Assembly: GCA_009691255.1 (NCBI GenBank)
Contig: SHUT01000001.1
Location: 865-64,864, forward strand
Direction: 5' to 3'
Source: Ilumatobacteraceae bacterium
GTDB taxonomy: Bacteria > Actinomycetota > Acidimicrobiia > Acidimicrobiales > Ilumatobacteraceae
Length of the DNA: 64,000 bases
Below the pieces are notes generated by a model. The model saw only the letters and a list, made by a program, of their open reading frames with translations, made no database searches and had not been told where the DNA came from. The position numbers and the translations under genes were made by a program. Position 1 is the stretch's first letter. Each line of letters starts with the position of its first letter. Shown one piece after another: positions 9,650 through 21,342 of the stretch.

Positions 9650-10519
9650 TCAGTAGGTGTAAAAGCCTGCGCTTGTCTTGCGTCCGAGTTTTCCGGCGGT
9701 CACGAGACGACGCAATGTTGGCACTGCTGCGTAGTTGGGGTCTGCAAATTCAGCGTAGAGCGCGTCAAGAATCGAGACAGACGTGTCAAGCCCAACGAGA
9801 TCGAGTAAAGCGAACGGCCCCATCGGGAAGTTGCAACCACCTTTCATGGCGGTGTCGATGTCCTCCATAGATGCAGTGCCAGTTTCCCAGATTCGAACGG
9901 CGTTATTGAGATACGGGAACAACAACGCATTGACAATAAAACCAGCACAGTCTTTTACTTGAACGCCACTTTTGCCACACGCTGTAACAAACTCATTCGC
10001 CGTTGACATGGTGTCATCTGATGCAGTGATTGGGCGCACTACTTCAACAAGGGGCATTGCTGTTGCTGGATTAAAGAAGTGAATACCGCACACTTGGGCA
10101 GGGCGTTGGGTGGCCATTGCCATATCTACTACTGGGAGTGTGCTGGTGTTGGTAGCAAGAATTGCTGAAGGCTTCACAATCGTGTCGAGTTCTGCGAAGA
10201 GTTGTTTTTTTATGGCGAGATCTTCGACCACTGATTCAATAATGAGATCGCAATCAGCAAGGTCAGCAAGATTTGATGTTGCACTGAGGCGTGACAAGAT
10301 ATTTGCTTTATCGTCAGCTGTGATTTTTTCGCGTTGAACCTGCTTGTCAAGTCCCTTGGCGATGCTGGTGATCATCGCGTCGGCAGCAGATGCCTTGCGT
10401 GACCGAACGATAACCGTGAAGCCTGCCTTGGCCGCAACTTCGGCGAGCCCAGAGCCCATGATTCCGGAGCCCAAGATTCCGACGGTGGAGATTGTGTTTG
10501 CTTTGTGTTGTTCTGACAT
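9650..10519 (-). CDS. 3-hydroxybutyryl-CoA dehydrogenase
   Basis: GSGIMGSG Rossmann motif, ATNTSTL, GIHFFNP, GFIVN, PMGPF.LLDLVGLD. Confidence 0.93.
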   Translation of the reverse strand: MSEQHKANTISTVGILGSGIMGSGLAEVAAKAGFTVIVRSRKASAADAMITSIAKGLDKQVQREKITADDKANILSRLSATSNLADLADCDLIIESVVEDLAIKKQLFAELDTIVKPSAILATNTSTLPVVDMAMATQRPAQVCGIHFFNPATAMPLVEVVRPITASDDTMSTANEFVTACGKSGVQVKDCAGFIVNALLFPYLNNAVRIWETGTASMEDIDTAMKGGCNFPMGPFALLDLVGLDTSVSILDALYAEFADPNYAAVPTLRRLVTAGKLGRKTSAGFYTY

Positions 10520-10568
10520 TTGATTGAGGGTAACAATTCAGACACCTTTGTCCCCTACCGTGTGATTC

Positions 10569-11330
10569 ATGGATACAACTACTCCCCACAGACTGGTTCC
10601 CCTGCAGGCCGTTCATAACTTCAGAGATATTGGTGGATACCTTGGCGAGGCTGATTTGATGGTCAAGAGGGGCGTGTTGTACCGCGCCGATGGGCTTTAT
10701 CGACTCACGGCGAGCGATATCGAGGTGGTGCGAACACTGGGCATTAAGACCGTTATTGACCTGCGTTCTGGTGACGAACTCAACAACGTTGGCACCTTCC
10801 CGCGCGAGGCCTATGAGGTGCAATTTCATCATGTGCCAATAATTGACACCACTTGGCAGCACAGCGATGTTCCAGATTTTGGTCAAGACACTGATTTCTT
10901 GATTTGGGCCTATACCGAGATGTTGTCAGAAGGTGCCGCCCAGTTTCAGCGCGCATTCTCCATTATTTCCGACTGGCCACAGACGCCGTTGGTGTATCAC
11001 TGTGCTGCTGGCAAAGATCGCACCGGTCTATTGACGATGTTGCTACTCGGAGTTCTTGGCGTCGATGATGACGTGATTGTGCGCGATTATGCATTATCAG
11101 AACCTGCGATGGTGCGAATGATGGAGTGGGCACACACTGAGTATCCAGATCTTGAGACACGCATGGCGGCTTCACCAAAGTATTTTCTGTCGGCAAATCC
11201 GCTCGCTATGACGCGGCTCATCAAAATGTTGCGCGAGCAGCATAAAGATTTTTATGGAATCGCAGCATCACTCGGAATCACTGAACCAGCAATTGAATCG
11301 CTGAAATCAATGATGTTGATTGCGAACTAG
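10569..11330 (+). CDS. Tyrosine/lipid phosphatase (PtpB-like)
   Basis: NFRDIGG, VIDLRS and P-loop HCAAGKDRTG. Confidence 0.92.
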   Translation: MDTTTPHRLVPLQAVHNFRDIGGYLGEADLMVKRGVLYRADGLYRLTASDIEVVRTLGIKTVIDLRSGDELNNVGTFPREAYEVQFHHVPIIDTTWQHSDVPDFGQDTDFLIWAYTEMLSEGAAQFQRAFSIISDWPQTPLVYHCAAGKDRTGLLTMLLLGVLGVDDDVIVRDYALSEPAMVRMMEWAHTEYPDLETRMAASPKYFLSANPLAMTRLIKMLREQHKDFYGIAASLGITEPAIESLKSMMLIAN

Positions 11331-11340
11331 TTCAGGAGAT

Positions 11341-12198
11341 CTATTTTTCTGTAATTACTACAGATGCAATCTTTACTTCACGGCTCGGAGCACCACCGAG
11401 TTGACCACTGCCAGCGTTGAGGCCGATAATTGTTTTAGCGACATCAAGACCCTTGGTGACTTTGCCGAACACGACGTATGTTCCCTGGCCATCGAGTGCA
11501 GATGCGTTTGGTCCGGTGACAATAAAGAATTGTCCTCCAGCGCTGTTTGGCTCGTCAGTGCGGGCCATCACGATGTCGCCTTCAGAGTATTTGTAACCGC
11601 TGCCTTCGTCTTCAATGGTGTAGCCAGGGTCGTCTGTATTTGATTCGCCACCACCCTGGATGATGTCAATGCTGGGGTCTGTTCGAAAGATGAACGAGCC
11701 GTTGTAATACTTGTATCGCGACAAGGTGACGAAGTTGTTCACTGTCTTGGGTGTCTTGGTTGTGTCGAGGGCAATTTCGATTGCACCTTCTGATGTGTCA
11801 AAAGTCGCCGTGTAGGACTTTTTGGCGTCAATGCACATTGGCGGTGCCTTGGTGAAGTTTGTAGTGCGTACTGCCGTGCCATCTGTTGGCGGGCACTTCG
11901 TATCACCCTCAATTTGTGCGCCTGGCGTGGTGGACAATGTGGTGTCTGATGTGGCAACCGTGGTGTCTGATGTGGCAACCGTGGTGTCTGATGTGGCAAC
12001 CGTGGTGTCTGTAGTACTTGTGGAATCAGTCGTGATGAAGTATTTCGACACTGCCCAGAGCGCAAGTATGGCCACGGGGATACCGATACCATAGCGAATT
12101 GCCCGCTGTTTGATGACGGCATTTCGCTGTGCTTTTTGGCGCCCTTCACGAGCGATGTTTCGGTTTGCCTTCTTGCGTTCGCGTTTATCTGTTCCCAT
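11341..12198 (-). CDS. Membrane-anchored cyclophilin-type peptidyl-prolyl isomerase
   Basis: Basic N-terminus, TM, Thr-rich linker, PKTVNNFV.L....YY, IQGG, GGQFFIV, YVVFGKV. Confidence 0.92.
   Translation of the reverse strand: MGTDKRERKKANRNIAREGRQKAQRNAVIKQRAIRYGIGIPVAILALWAVSKYFITTDSTSTTDTTVATSDTTVATSDTTVATSDTTLSTTPGAQIEGDTKCPPTDGTAVRTTNFTKAPPMCIDAKKSYTATFDTSEGAIEIALDTTKTPKTVNNFVTLSRYKYYNGSFIFRTDPSIDIIQGGGESNTDDPGYTIEDEGSGYKYSEGDIVMARTDEPNSAGGQFFIVTGPNASALDGQGTYVVFGKVTKGLDVAKTIIGLNAGSGQLGGAPSREVKIASVVITEK
11939..12011. repeat. Perfect 21-bp tandem repeat, about 3.5 copies (GTGGTGTCTGATGTGGCAACC), encoding VATSDTT
   Basis: Units at 11939, 11960 and 11981 plus a partial unit at 12002. Confidence 0.95.
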
Positions 12199-12240
12199 GA
12201 ACTCTGCAGGCTACCGCCTCGCCGATAACCTGATTAATCG

Positions 12241-13503
12241 GTGGCACTAATCGTTCAAAAATATGGCGGCACTTCGGTGGCCGACCCCGACCGCATAAAG
12301 GCGGTGGCCGCCCATGTGGCGACCTCGGTCGCTGACGGCGATCAGGTTGTAGTTGTGGTATCTGCAATGGGTAAAACCACAGATAACTTGCTGGCCCTCG
12401 CTCACCAGGTATCGAGTGTTCATCCTGTGCGCGAACTAGACATGTTGCTTACAACGGGCGAGCGCATCTCAATGGCACTGATGTGCATGGCACTCGCTGA
12501 CGTCGGAGTAGATGCCGTCAGTTTCACCGGTTCACAAGTGGGGATTATTACCGACACGGCCCACACCAAGGCAAAGATCATAGAAGTCAAAGCAGATCGC
12601 GTGCGTGAAGCAGTCGCGTTGGGCAAGGTTGCCGTTGTTGCAGGTTTCCAGGGTGTCTCTACCGAACGAGAGATCACCACATTGGGTCGGGGCGGCAGCG
12701 ATACAACGGCAGTCGCCCTAGCCGTGGCCATGAACGCAGATGTTTGCGAGATCTACACCGATGTCACCGGCGTATTTTCTGCTGATCCGCGCATTGTGCC
12801 AATGGCTCGCAAACTTGCACATCTAGAATTTGAAGAAATGCTCGAGATTGCAGGAGCAGGCAGTGCCGTTCTTGCACTTCGGGCAGTTGAGTTTGCACGT
12901 CGACACGGCGTACCAATTCACGTGCGTTCAAGTTTTACGTGGGAGCAAGGAACATGGATATCAGACGTTTTGTCAGAAGGAGAATCCACAATGGAAGAGC
13001 CAGTCATTTCGGGTGTTGTACACGATGCAGCCGAGTCAAAAATTACAATACGCAGTGTGCCAGACAGACCGGGCGTGTCCGCAGCACTTTTTGAGCCACT
13101 CGCTGCAGCCAACATCAACGTGGACATGATTGTGCAAAATACATCCAAAGAAGGATCGACAGATGTGTCTTTTACTGTTCCAAAGTCCGAACTTCAACAC
13201 GCAGAAAAAATCGTCCGACAAGTTGCTAAAGAAATTGGCGCTCAAGATGTGACAAGTGATTCAGAGATTGCCAAAGTATCGTTGGTAGGTGCTGGTATGA
13301 AAACAAGTCCAGGTATTGCAGCACAGATGTTTCGCGTGTGTGCCCAAAACGATGTCAATATACACATGATCTCGACTAGTACGATTCGAGTGTCGGTGGT
13401 GGTGGCATCTTCTGACATGGAACGTATTGTCAGGGCACTACATACCGCATTTGGCCTTGACGGCGACACTGCATATTCCGCACCTTTACCGGTGCGCGAG
13501 TAA
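12241..13503 (+). CDS. lysC: Aspartate kinase (alpha subunit)
   Basis: [27 protein letters not shown], two ACT domains. Confidence 0.96.
   Translation: MALIVQKYGGTSVADPDRIKAVAAHVATSVADGDQVVVVVSAMGKTTDNLLALAHQVSSVHPVRELDMLLTTGERISMALMCMALADVGVDAVSFTGSQVGIITDTAHTKAKIIEVKADRVREAVALGKVAVVAGFQGVSTEREITTLGRGGSDTTAVALAVAMNADVCEIYTDVTGVFSADPRIVPMARKLAHLEFEEMLEIAGAGSAVLALRAVEFARRHGVPIHVRSSFTWEQGTWISDVLSEGESTMEEPVISGVVHDAAESKITIRSVPDRPGVSAALFEPLAAANINVDMIVQNTSKEGSTDVSFTVPKSELQHAEKIVRQVAKEIGAQDVTSDSEIAKVSLVGAGMKTSPGIAAQMFRVCAQNDVNIHMISTSTIRVSVVVASSDMERIVRALHTAFGLDGDTAYSAPLPVRE
12991..13503 (+). CDS. Aspartate kinase beta subunit from a nested in-frame start
   Basis: Internal AAGGAG at 12977-12982 before in-frame ATG (MEEPVISGV), as for actinobacterial ask/lysC beta. 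Confidence 0.75.
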   Translation: MEEPVISGVVHDAAESKITIRSVPDRPGVSAALFEPLAAANINVDMIVQNTSKEGSTDVSFTVPKSELQHAEKIVRQVAKEIGAQDVTSDSEIAKVSLVGAGMKTSPGIAAQMFRVCAQNDVNIHMISTSTIRVSVVVASSDMERIVRALHTAFGLDGDTAYSAPLPVRE

Positions 13504-13513
13504 GAATGGATAC

Positions 13514-14362
13514 ATGAGTCGTAGTCGCCCGCATCTCACTCCCTGGAAAGCTGCCGGAAAAAGAACAGAGCGCGGAACAACGGCAGATCAAGTCGTGCGC
13601 GATACGGGTTGGGTATTCAACAACGAAACTGGCAACACTCTCACACTCGAGCAGTTCGTCGAAACTGGTAACGAAGAAGCCGACAAGTATTTACGTCGTT
13701 TCGGCTTGATGGCGACAGCAAGTAGCAAAAGCATTGTTGAGATCGGCTCTGGGATTGGTCGCATGACGGCTGCTTTTACGCGCGTGTTTGGGACTGTCGT
13801 AGCAACTGATGTTGATGCCGCATTTCTCGAACGTTGCCGCGAAACAGTAGCTAAGTTCGGCAACACATCAACATTGCGCACCACGCATATTGCCGATGGG
13901 CGCACTATTGCGCTGCCATCTCAAAGTGTTGATGTTGTGTTTTCTTACATCACACTGCAGCACTGCAAACACGATGATGCCTTGGCTCTGACGGCTGAAG
14001 CGTGCAGAATCGTCAAGCCAGGCGGGCGACTAATTCTCAATTACCGCACATGGGTGTTGTCAGATGTGTTTCTTATCCCGTTAAGTGCAATCATGCGAGT
14101 GTTGTGGCATACGCCCGTCATTGGCGAACAGCTGTCTCGGTGGCGATGGTCAACGCGCCTTGGTTGGCAGGCCAATCGCCTCAGCCCACGACAGGTGTAT
14201 GCCCATCTTGAGTCGCTTGGGATCCAACTCCAGACGCCAAAGGCATTTTCGGGGGGTATTCGGGTGCGACGGCCAGTCAGCATTGGGACAACGCAAGTCT
14301 TACATGACGAGTTTCCGATGGGCAATAAAAGTCATTGGTGGCTGGTTGCTCATCGCAGTTAG
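13514..14362 (+). CDS. Class I SAM-dependent methyltransferase
   Basis: VEIGSGIG motif I, VDVVFS...LQH, VKPGGRL. Confidence 0.88.
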   Translation: MSRSRPHLTPWKAAGKRTERGTTADQVVRDTGWVFNNETGNTLTLEQFVETGNEEADKYLRRFGLMATASSKSIVEIGSGIGRMTAAFTRVFGTVVATDVDAAFLERCRETVAKFGNTSTLRTTHIADGRTIALPSQSVDVVFSYITLQHCKHDDALALTAEACRIVKPGGRLILNYRTWVLSDVFLIPLSAIMRVLWHTPVIGEQLSRWRWSTRLGWQANRLSPRQVYAHLESLGIQLQTPKAFSGGIRVRRPVSIGTTQVLHDEFPMGNKSHWWLVAHRS

Positions 14363-15799
<1,437 letters not shown>

Positions 15800-15824
15800 G
15801 CCACAACTCTACTGTTGGGCACCG

Positions 15825-16836
15825 CTAGGGCGCTAATAACGAAGTCGCTAGGTCGGTGATTCCGTCTAGGTCAATGATGTCGTTGGACCGTTCTGCAACA
15901 CGAAGACACGATGTCGATGGTAGGGCGAGCATAAATCCCGCCAGTTGAGAATCGGCTTGCTCGGCTTCGGCATGAAGTTGGGCCAGATTGCGCCAAAGGT
16001 CCCCGTCAGGGTCTTGTGCATGAGAGAGCGCAACCTCGGCTGCAGTATCACCAAACCGTGGAGGCATCCGATTGGCAATAACGAGTTCGATTGCGATGTT
16101 GTTTTGTCGCAAGCCGTCAGCAAAAAACGCGGCTTCTTCGAGGGTATCGGCGCGGGCCGATGCCACCAAAACAAACGATGTAGTGGGGCCACGAAGCAGT
16201 ATCGAACTTTGTCTGGCGCGTTGACGGAAGCCGTCCTCTATGCCAGCGAAAGCTCGCAGAAATGCAATCGCATCGTCAAGGGCAGCAGTTCCAACAAGTT
16301 TTCCGGCGGTACGCACTACTGGTTGTAGTGCGCCCGTAATGAGTTTCATTCCTGTCAGGGTGGAAGAGATGAGCAATTTGAAAAGTCGATGTTCTAAAAA
16401 CCGCGCGAGGCGTTCGGGTGCTTCAACAAATGCGAGTGCAGATCGCGTTGGTGGCGTATCGACGATGACAAGATCAAAGCGCTCATCAGCATGCAGCGCA
16501 AGCAGACGTTCGGCGGCAATGTAGTCGCGAGTTCCGCTTATCGAGCGAGACACATTGCGGTAAAAAGTGTTCTGAAGTATTTTAGTTGTCTGTTCCTCAT
16601 CTTTTGCGTATCGCGATACGAGAGAATCGAATGTTTCTCCGACGTCAAGCATGGTTGCCCACATCTGACCGTCACCTATTTGTTGCACTAAAACTGGTTC
16701 GTTGCCAATCTCATGGCGCAGACCAATTGCGTCTGCAAGTCGTCGAGCAGGATCAATTGTGATGACAATGGCACGACGACCGATCTGTGCGGCTGAAAGA
16801 GCGAGGGCTGCTGCAACTGAAGTTTTGCCGACACCG
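15825..16836 (-). pseudogene. ArsA/Get3-like ATPase, second of a pair; N-terminus lost at a deletion junction
   Basis: GVGKTS, TIDPARRLADA and VDTPP retained; the residues that should precede the P-loop are replaced by sequence of the upstream paralog. Confidence 0.7.
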
Positions 16837-17337
16837 CTCGGGGTCAGCGAGCATGTCAAGAATCTCGATTGCTTGGTTATGTATCGGGCCTCCGCTCACT
16901 GCTTGGCGCAACGACAATGGCGCTCGCAATAATCCAATGGCTTGTCCAGCAGGTGGGCCATCAACAATGATGAGATCCCAATCACCCGCTCGCTCAAGTT
17001 GTTTGATTTTTCCAAGAATCAAAAGGTCATCGATTCCCGGAGCCGTGGAGGCAACTAAATCAACTATTCCGGCTGCCAACAGACGTCGCGAAACTTGTCC
17101 TAGCCCGAGGGAATCGAAATAATCTGCCAATGCAGCTCCAGGGGTGATGGCCAGCCTCTGTACCCTTTCATCGAGGCCAGCAATGGCATTTTTGCCCTCA
17201 ATTTAAACCAAAAGGGTGTGAAGTCCGACACTTGCAGCCGCATTGGCAAGCGCCGCGGCCACCACCGATTTCCCAACTCCGCCTTTGCCCGCCACAATGA
17301 GTACACGCGATGCGTTGAGAAAGTGTCGTGTATCCAT
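16831..17337 (-). pseudogene. ArsA/Get3-like ATPase, first of a pair; in-frame stop and C-terminal truncation
   Basis: MDTRHFLNASRVLIVAGKGGVGKS...LLV*IEG (TAA at 17203-17205)...VDGPPAG...DMLADPERC, then fused out of frame to the paralog. Confidence 0.8.
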
Positions 17338-17352
17338 CAGTCGGAGGCCTTA

Positions 17353-18780
17353 GTGCGAAAAATATCAAGCATCACCATGATGCTGGGTTTGGCAATACCA
17401 GTGTTGTCGCCAATCGCAAGCGTGCTCGCATCGTGGAATGTGGCGAACGCTGCCCGTGTTGTTGAAGCCGTCGCTGCACCACATGTTGCTAATGGTGTCA
17501 TATCTGCAACTGCCGCGCCTGATCTTGCACTCGTTGATGTTATAGAAGTCAGTGGCATCATTGACGAGATCGCTGTCGATGCAATCGAGCGGTCACTAGA
17601 GAAGGCCTCGGCGCACCGATCTCAAGCAGTCATCTTGCAACTCAATAGCCGCGGGGCAGTCGTGAGTCGTGCGCGCATGACAGAACTTCTTGAAACAATC
17701 AAGACATCAATAATCCCCGTTGCTGTGTGGGTTGGACCATCTGGTTCGCGGGCCTACGGAATGCCAGCGCAGATACTTGCAGTCGCAGATGTGACGGCGA
17801 TGGCGCCCGGCACACGGATTGGACGCATTGGTGTCCCGCTAAAAGTTGGTGGTGTAAGTATTTCGTTCGGCAAAGCAGATGAAGTTCTCGGAACACAAAC
17901 ACTTGGCTTCTTGGAAGCTCGTGAGCAAAATGCACTCAAGTTCGCAACTGATGATCGAGGTGTTCCGGTATTGCGCAACATGCTGTATGTGCTTGATGGC
18001 GTCACCGTCAAAGGTGTCACTCTTGATACGGTGTCCGACACTGTTGATGCAAACGGCCAAGTTGTACGCGAAGCAACGACAGTTCGATTTTTTAAACTAG
18101 GACTCCTGCCAAGACTTTTGCATACCGTGGCGAGTCCACCGTCTGCTTTGTTGTTGCTCACGATTGGTCTGGCGCTTTTGATTTTTGAGTTTTTTACTGC
18201 TGGCATTGGCATTGCTGGCGTGGTCGGAGCCGTTTGTCTAATTCTTGGTTCGCTTGGTGCAGGTGCATTGCCCCTCAATGGTGTTGGGCTTCTCTTGCTG
18301 CTGCTGTCAATGGTGGCGTGTGCTGTTGACGTGCAGGTAGGTGTTCCTCGTCTGTGGACTGGCGTCGGAATAGCAATGTATTCAGCGTCAACATTTTTTC
18401 TCTTTCGTTCGGTCGATGGCCTGACATTGCGTCCTTCGTGGATCACATTGTTGGTCTGCATTGGCGGACTAGCGCTCACTTTCATTGTCGGAATGCCATC
18501 AATGACACGAACTAGATTCGGCACGCCAACGATTGGTCGTGACAAATTGATCGGAGCTCAAGGTATTACGGTTGGTGCGATTGATCCAGAAGGCACAGTT
18601 CGTGTTGATGGCGCGCAGTGGCACGCGCGTACAAACCGAGCCACCCCATTAACTAGTGGCCAACCCGTTCGAGTTGCAGCAATTGACGGCATCACTTTAT
18701 TGATCGAGCCCCTCGAAGGCGCTGCACGCGATTATCGAGAGATGCGCAAGAACGATTCACCTGAGACAGTGGCGGATTAA
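17353..18780 (+). CDS. NfeD-family membrane protein (ClpP-like domain, TMs, OB fold)
   Basis: PVAVWVGPSG, AMAPGTRIG, FEFFTAGIG, GTVRVDGAQWHAR; GGAGG before GTG 17353. Confidence 0.85.
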   Translation: MRKISSITMMLGLAIPVLSPIASVLASWNVANAARVVEAVAAPHVANGVISATAAPDLALVDVIEVSGIIDEIAVDAIERSLEKASAHRSQAVILQLNSRGAVVSRARMTELLETIKTSIIPVAVWVGPSGSRAYGMPAQILAVADVTAMAPGTRIGRIGVPLKVGGVSISFGKADEVLGTQTLGFLEAREQNALKFATDDRGVPVLRNMLYVLDGVTVKGVTLDTVSDTVDANGQVVREATTVRFFKLGLLPRLLHTVASPPSALLLLTIGLALLIFEFFTAGIGIAGVVGAVCLILGSLGAGALPLNGVGLLLLLLSMVACAVDVQVGVPRLWTGVGIAMYSASTFFLFRSVDGLTLRPSWITLLVCIGGLALTFIVGMPSMTRTRFGTPTIGRDKLIGAQGITVGAIDPEGTVRVDGAQWHARTNRATPLTSGQPVRVAAIDGITLLIEPLEGAARDYREMRKNDSPETVAD

Positions 18781-18786
18781 AAGCCA

Positions 18787-19242
18787 ATGTTTCTGTTGAT
18801 TTTTGCTGTCATCATTGCAGTGCCATTGATTGAGATATATTTTGTTGTCAAGATTGGTTCTGTCGTAGGTGTTGTCCCGACTATTGCACTACTGTTTGTG
18901 ATTTCGGTTTTCGGGTCCAGGGTCGTGAAGCATCAGGGGCTACGGGTCTGGCGCAAGTTCAACGAACAAGTAAGCAGTGGCAACGTGCCTTCTCGAGAAC
19001 TTGTCGAAGGTGTCTGCCTGCTTCTTGCCGGGGCACTCCTCATCGCTCCTGGTTTTTTTACGGATCTTCTGGGTTTCTTGCTCTTGCTCCCACCGGTGCG
19101 ACTTGTCGTTGCAAAAATTATTGGTGCTCGCACTGCAAATAAAGCCCAAGTAATTCGTGCCACTTACGGCAAACCTATTGTCGACATTCAAGAGCATCGT
19201 CACGATGACGCAGATAATGCGACGCGAGAACTAGACCAATGA
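18787..19242 (+). CDS. fxsA: FxsA-family membrane protein
   Basis: PLIEIY, GALLIAPGFFTDLLGFLLLLPPVR. Confidence 0.92.
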   Translation: MFLLIFAVIIAVPLIEIYFVVKIGSVVGVVPTIALLFVISVFGSRVVKHQGLRVWRKFNEQVSSGNVPSRELVEGVCLLLAGALLIAPGFFTDLLGFLLLLPPVRLVVAKIIGARTANKAQVIRATYGKPIVDIQEHRHDDADNATRELDQ

Positions 19243-20093
19243 GTATGCCGCGCAGTAGTGGACCGGGCAAGGACGAACCATTTGATCCACTCACAGTTCC
19301 CATTAGTCCAGCCGCGACGGTGTTATTGGTGCGCGATGATGAAACAGGTCTTGATGTATTTATGTTACGTAGAACCTTCTCTGCGGCGTTTGCAAGCGGG
19401 ATGTATGTTTTTCCGGGCGGAAGAGTTGATGACTCTGATTTCCACGACGAACTGGGAGAAGTCTGTGACGGGCTCACCGACGAACATGCGAGTTCTCTGC
19501 TCCAGATTCCGCGTAATGGTTTGTCGTATTGGGTCGCAGCAATTCGTGAATGCTTCGAAGAAGCAGGCGTGCTCTTGGCTAGACATGCTGACTCTGGAGA
19601 TGTCGTGCGTTTTGACACCCCTGAGGTGATTGAAAGATTCGAAAGGGCGCGTCATCTAGTGCATGAAGGACAACTTTCGTTGGCGCAACTCTGCCGTCAA
19701 GAAAATCTTCGCCTCACGACAGATGCGATTCACTATGTCAGTCATTGGATTACTCCGGCTGGCGAGCGACGACGATTCGATACGCGGTTTTTTGTGGCGC
19801 GTGCGCCACAAGCACAAGAACCATTGCACGACGACGGCGAGACCATTGAAAGCCTGTGGGTGAAACCACACGAAGCACTGAGCCGCTTCGCGGCAGGTGA
19901 TTTGCAAATGTTGCCCCCAACAATTAGCAGCCTTGAATTCTTGCTTGACTCTACGACGGCCGATGACGCCTTAGACGCTGCTCGCAAAGTTGGTGTGCCA
20001 CCAGTGATTGAGCCTCGCCTTCGACTCAACTCTGATGGCAAAGTTATTGCCGTTGTGATGCCGGGCGAATCTGGCTACGACGAACTTGGTTAG
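19239..20093 (+). CDS. NUDIX hydrolase (NUDT19-like)
   Basis: VFPGG, AAIRECFEEAG, WITP....RRFDTRFF. Confidence 0.9.
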   Translation: MSMPRSSGPGKDEPFDPLTVPISPAATVLLVRDDETGLDVFMLRRTFSAAFASGMYVFPGGRVDDSDFHDELGEVCDGLTDEHASSLLQIPRNGLSYWVAAIRECFEEAGVLLARHADSGDVVRFDTPEVIERFERARHLVHEGQLSLAQLCRQENLRLTTDAIHYVSHWITPAGERRRFDTRFFVARAPQAQEPLHDDGETIESLWVKPHEALSRFAAGDLQMLPPTISSLEFLLDSTTADDALDAARKVGVPPVIEPRLRLNSDGKVIAVVMPGESGYDELG

Positions 20094-21265
20094 CGACTGC
20101 GTACGCTGACTGGGACGATGTCTTCAGTGCGGGCTGAGCACCCGGACATTTCTGTCATATCAGGTGTGTCGTCAATGATGCGCTTTGCAATGGCCAAAAA
20201 GACGCCAGCAGCTTTGCCGGTATTGGAGAGAACTACTGGTTCGCCAGAGTCTCCACCAGCAGCAACTGTTGATTCGATTGGCACTTGACCGAGTAGTTTG
20301 ACGCCTATTTCGTCTGCCAGTGTTTGTCCGCCACCGGTGCCAAACAACGCATATTGTGTGCCGTGATCACATTCGAACGTGCTCATGTTTTCGATTACGC
20401 CAGCGACGCGCAAGAAACTACGGCGTGCCATGTCTGCGGCACGAATAGCTACTTTTTGGGCAGAGACAGCAGGAGTTGTGACAATCAACAAGTCAGTGCG
20501 TGGCAACATGCGAGCAAGACCCATCTGCACGTCACCTGTCCCGGGTGGCATATCGATGAGCAAGTAATCAAGTTCTCCCCACTCAACATCGTGAAGAAAT
20601 TGCTCGACTGCTTTCGTGAGCATTAGGCCACGCCACATCAGCGCAGTGCTTTCGTCTTCGACCAACATTCCAGTCGAAACAACCTTAAGCAGACCCGAAC
20701 CAACAACCCGAACATTGGGCACGATCATGGGCTTGTCGCGGCCGTCAACTGCGCGTGCCTGCAGGCGATCGGGCATCCCGAGCATGCGCGGAATCGAGAA
20801 TCCCCAAATGTCGGCGTCTAACACGCCAACGGTTTTTCCGGCTTGGGCTAATGCGGCAGCCAAGTTGACGGTAACCGAACTTTTTCCGACCCCACCCTTG
20901 CCGCTGGCAATTGCCAAGATGCGCGTGTTGGCAGGGACCGCGGTATCAGACGCTTGTTCCTTGGCGTTCCAGCGCGCCCGAGTCATGACTGCGGTACGTT
21001 CGTCTGGGGTCATCTCGCCCCAATCAATAGTGACTTTGGTGATCGCTGGATGAGCAAGCAAGCGGGATTCAATGTCATTGCGGATCTGCACGCGCAGCGG
21101 ACACCCTTTAATGGTGAGTTTCATGGCTACCGTGACGAGCCCGTCAGTAAATGTGATGTCGCCAGCCATACCAAGGTCGACGATATTGTCTCCAAGCTCT
21201 GGGTCGATGACGGCACGCAGCAACGAGCGGATGTCATTAATACTGGGGGCCTGAGTTTGGCTCAC
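20090..21265 (-). CDS. mrp: Mrp/NBP35 (ApbC) Fe-S carrier ATPase with N-terminal DUF59 domain
   Basis: DPELGDNIVDLG..GCP, ASGKGGVGKSS, DADIWG, DMPPGTGD, GVIENMS; start placed at GTG 21265. Confidence 0.92.
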   Translation of the reverse strand: MSQTQAPSINDIRSLLRAVIDPELGDNIVDLGMAGDITFTDGLVTVAMKLTIKGCPLRVQIRNDIESRLLAHPAITKVTIDWGEMTPDERTAVMTRARWNAKEQASDTAVPANTRILAIASGKGGVGKSSVTVNLAAALAQAGKTVGVLDADIWGFSIPRMLGMPDRLQARAVDGRDKPMIVPNVRVVGSGLLKVVSTGMLVEDESTALMWRGLMLTKAVEQFLHDVEWGELDYLLIDMPPGTGDVQMGLARMLPRTDLLIVTTPAVSAQKVAIRAADMARRSFLRVAGVIENMSTFECDHGTQYALFGTGGGQTLADEIGVKLLGQVPIESTVAAGGDSGEPVVLSNTGKAAGVFLAIAKRIIDDTPDMTEMSGCSARTEDIVPVSVRSR

Positions 21266-21342
21266 ATAAGTAGTGTATGGGGCTGTAGGGTGAAGGACAG
21301 ATATAAAGCTCATAATCCCCAGCCAAGCCTTTGGAGGTTCCC

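Noticed and set aside
11939..12011. Tandem repeat as a CRISPR array
   Set aside because: No spacers, in-frame coding and no cas genes
17754..18545. Long antisense ORFs (this one and others such as 14833-15363 and 57426-57953)
   Set aside because: Shadows of real genes on the opposite strand with no protein motifs
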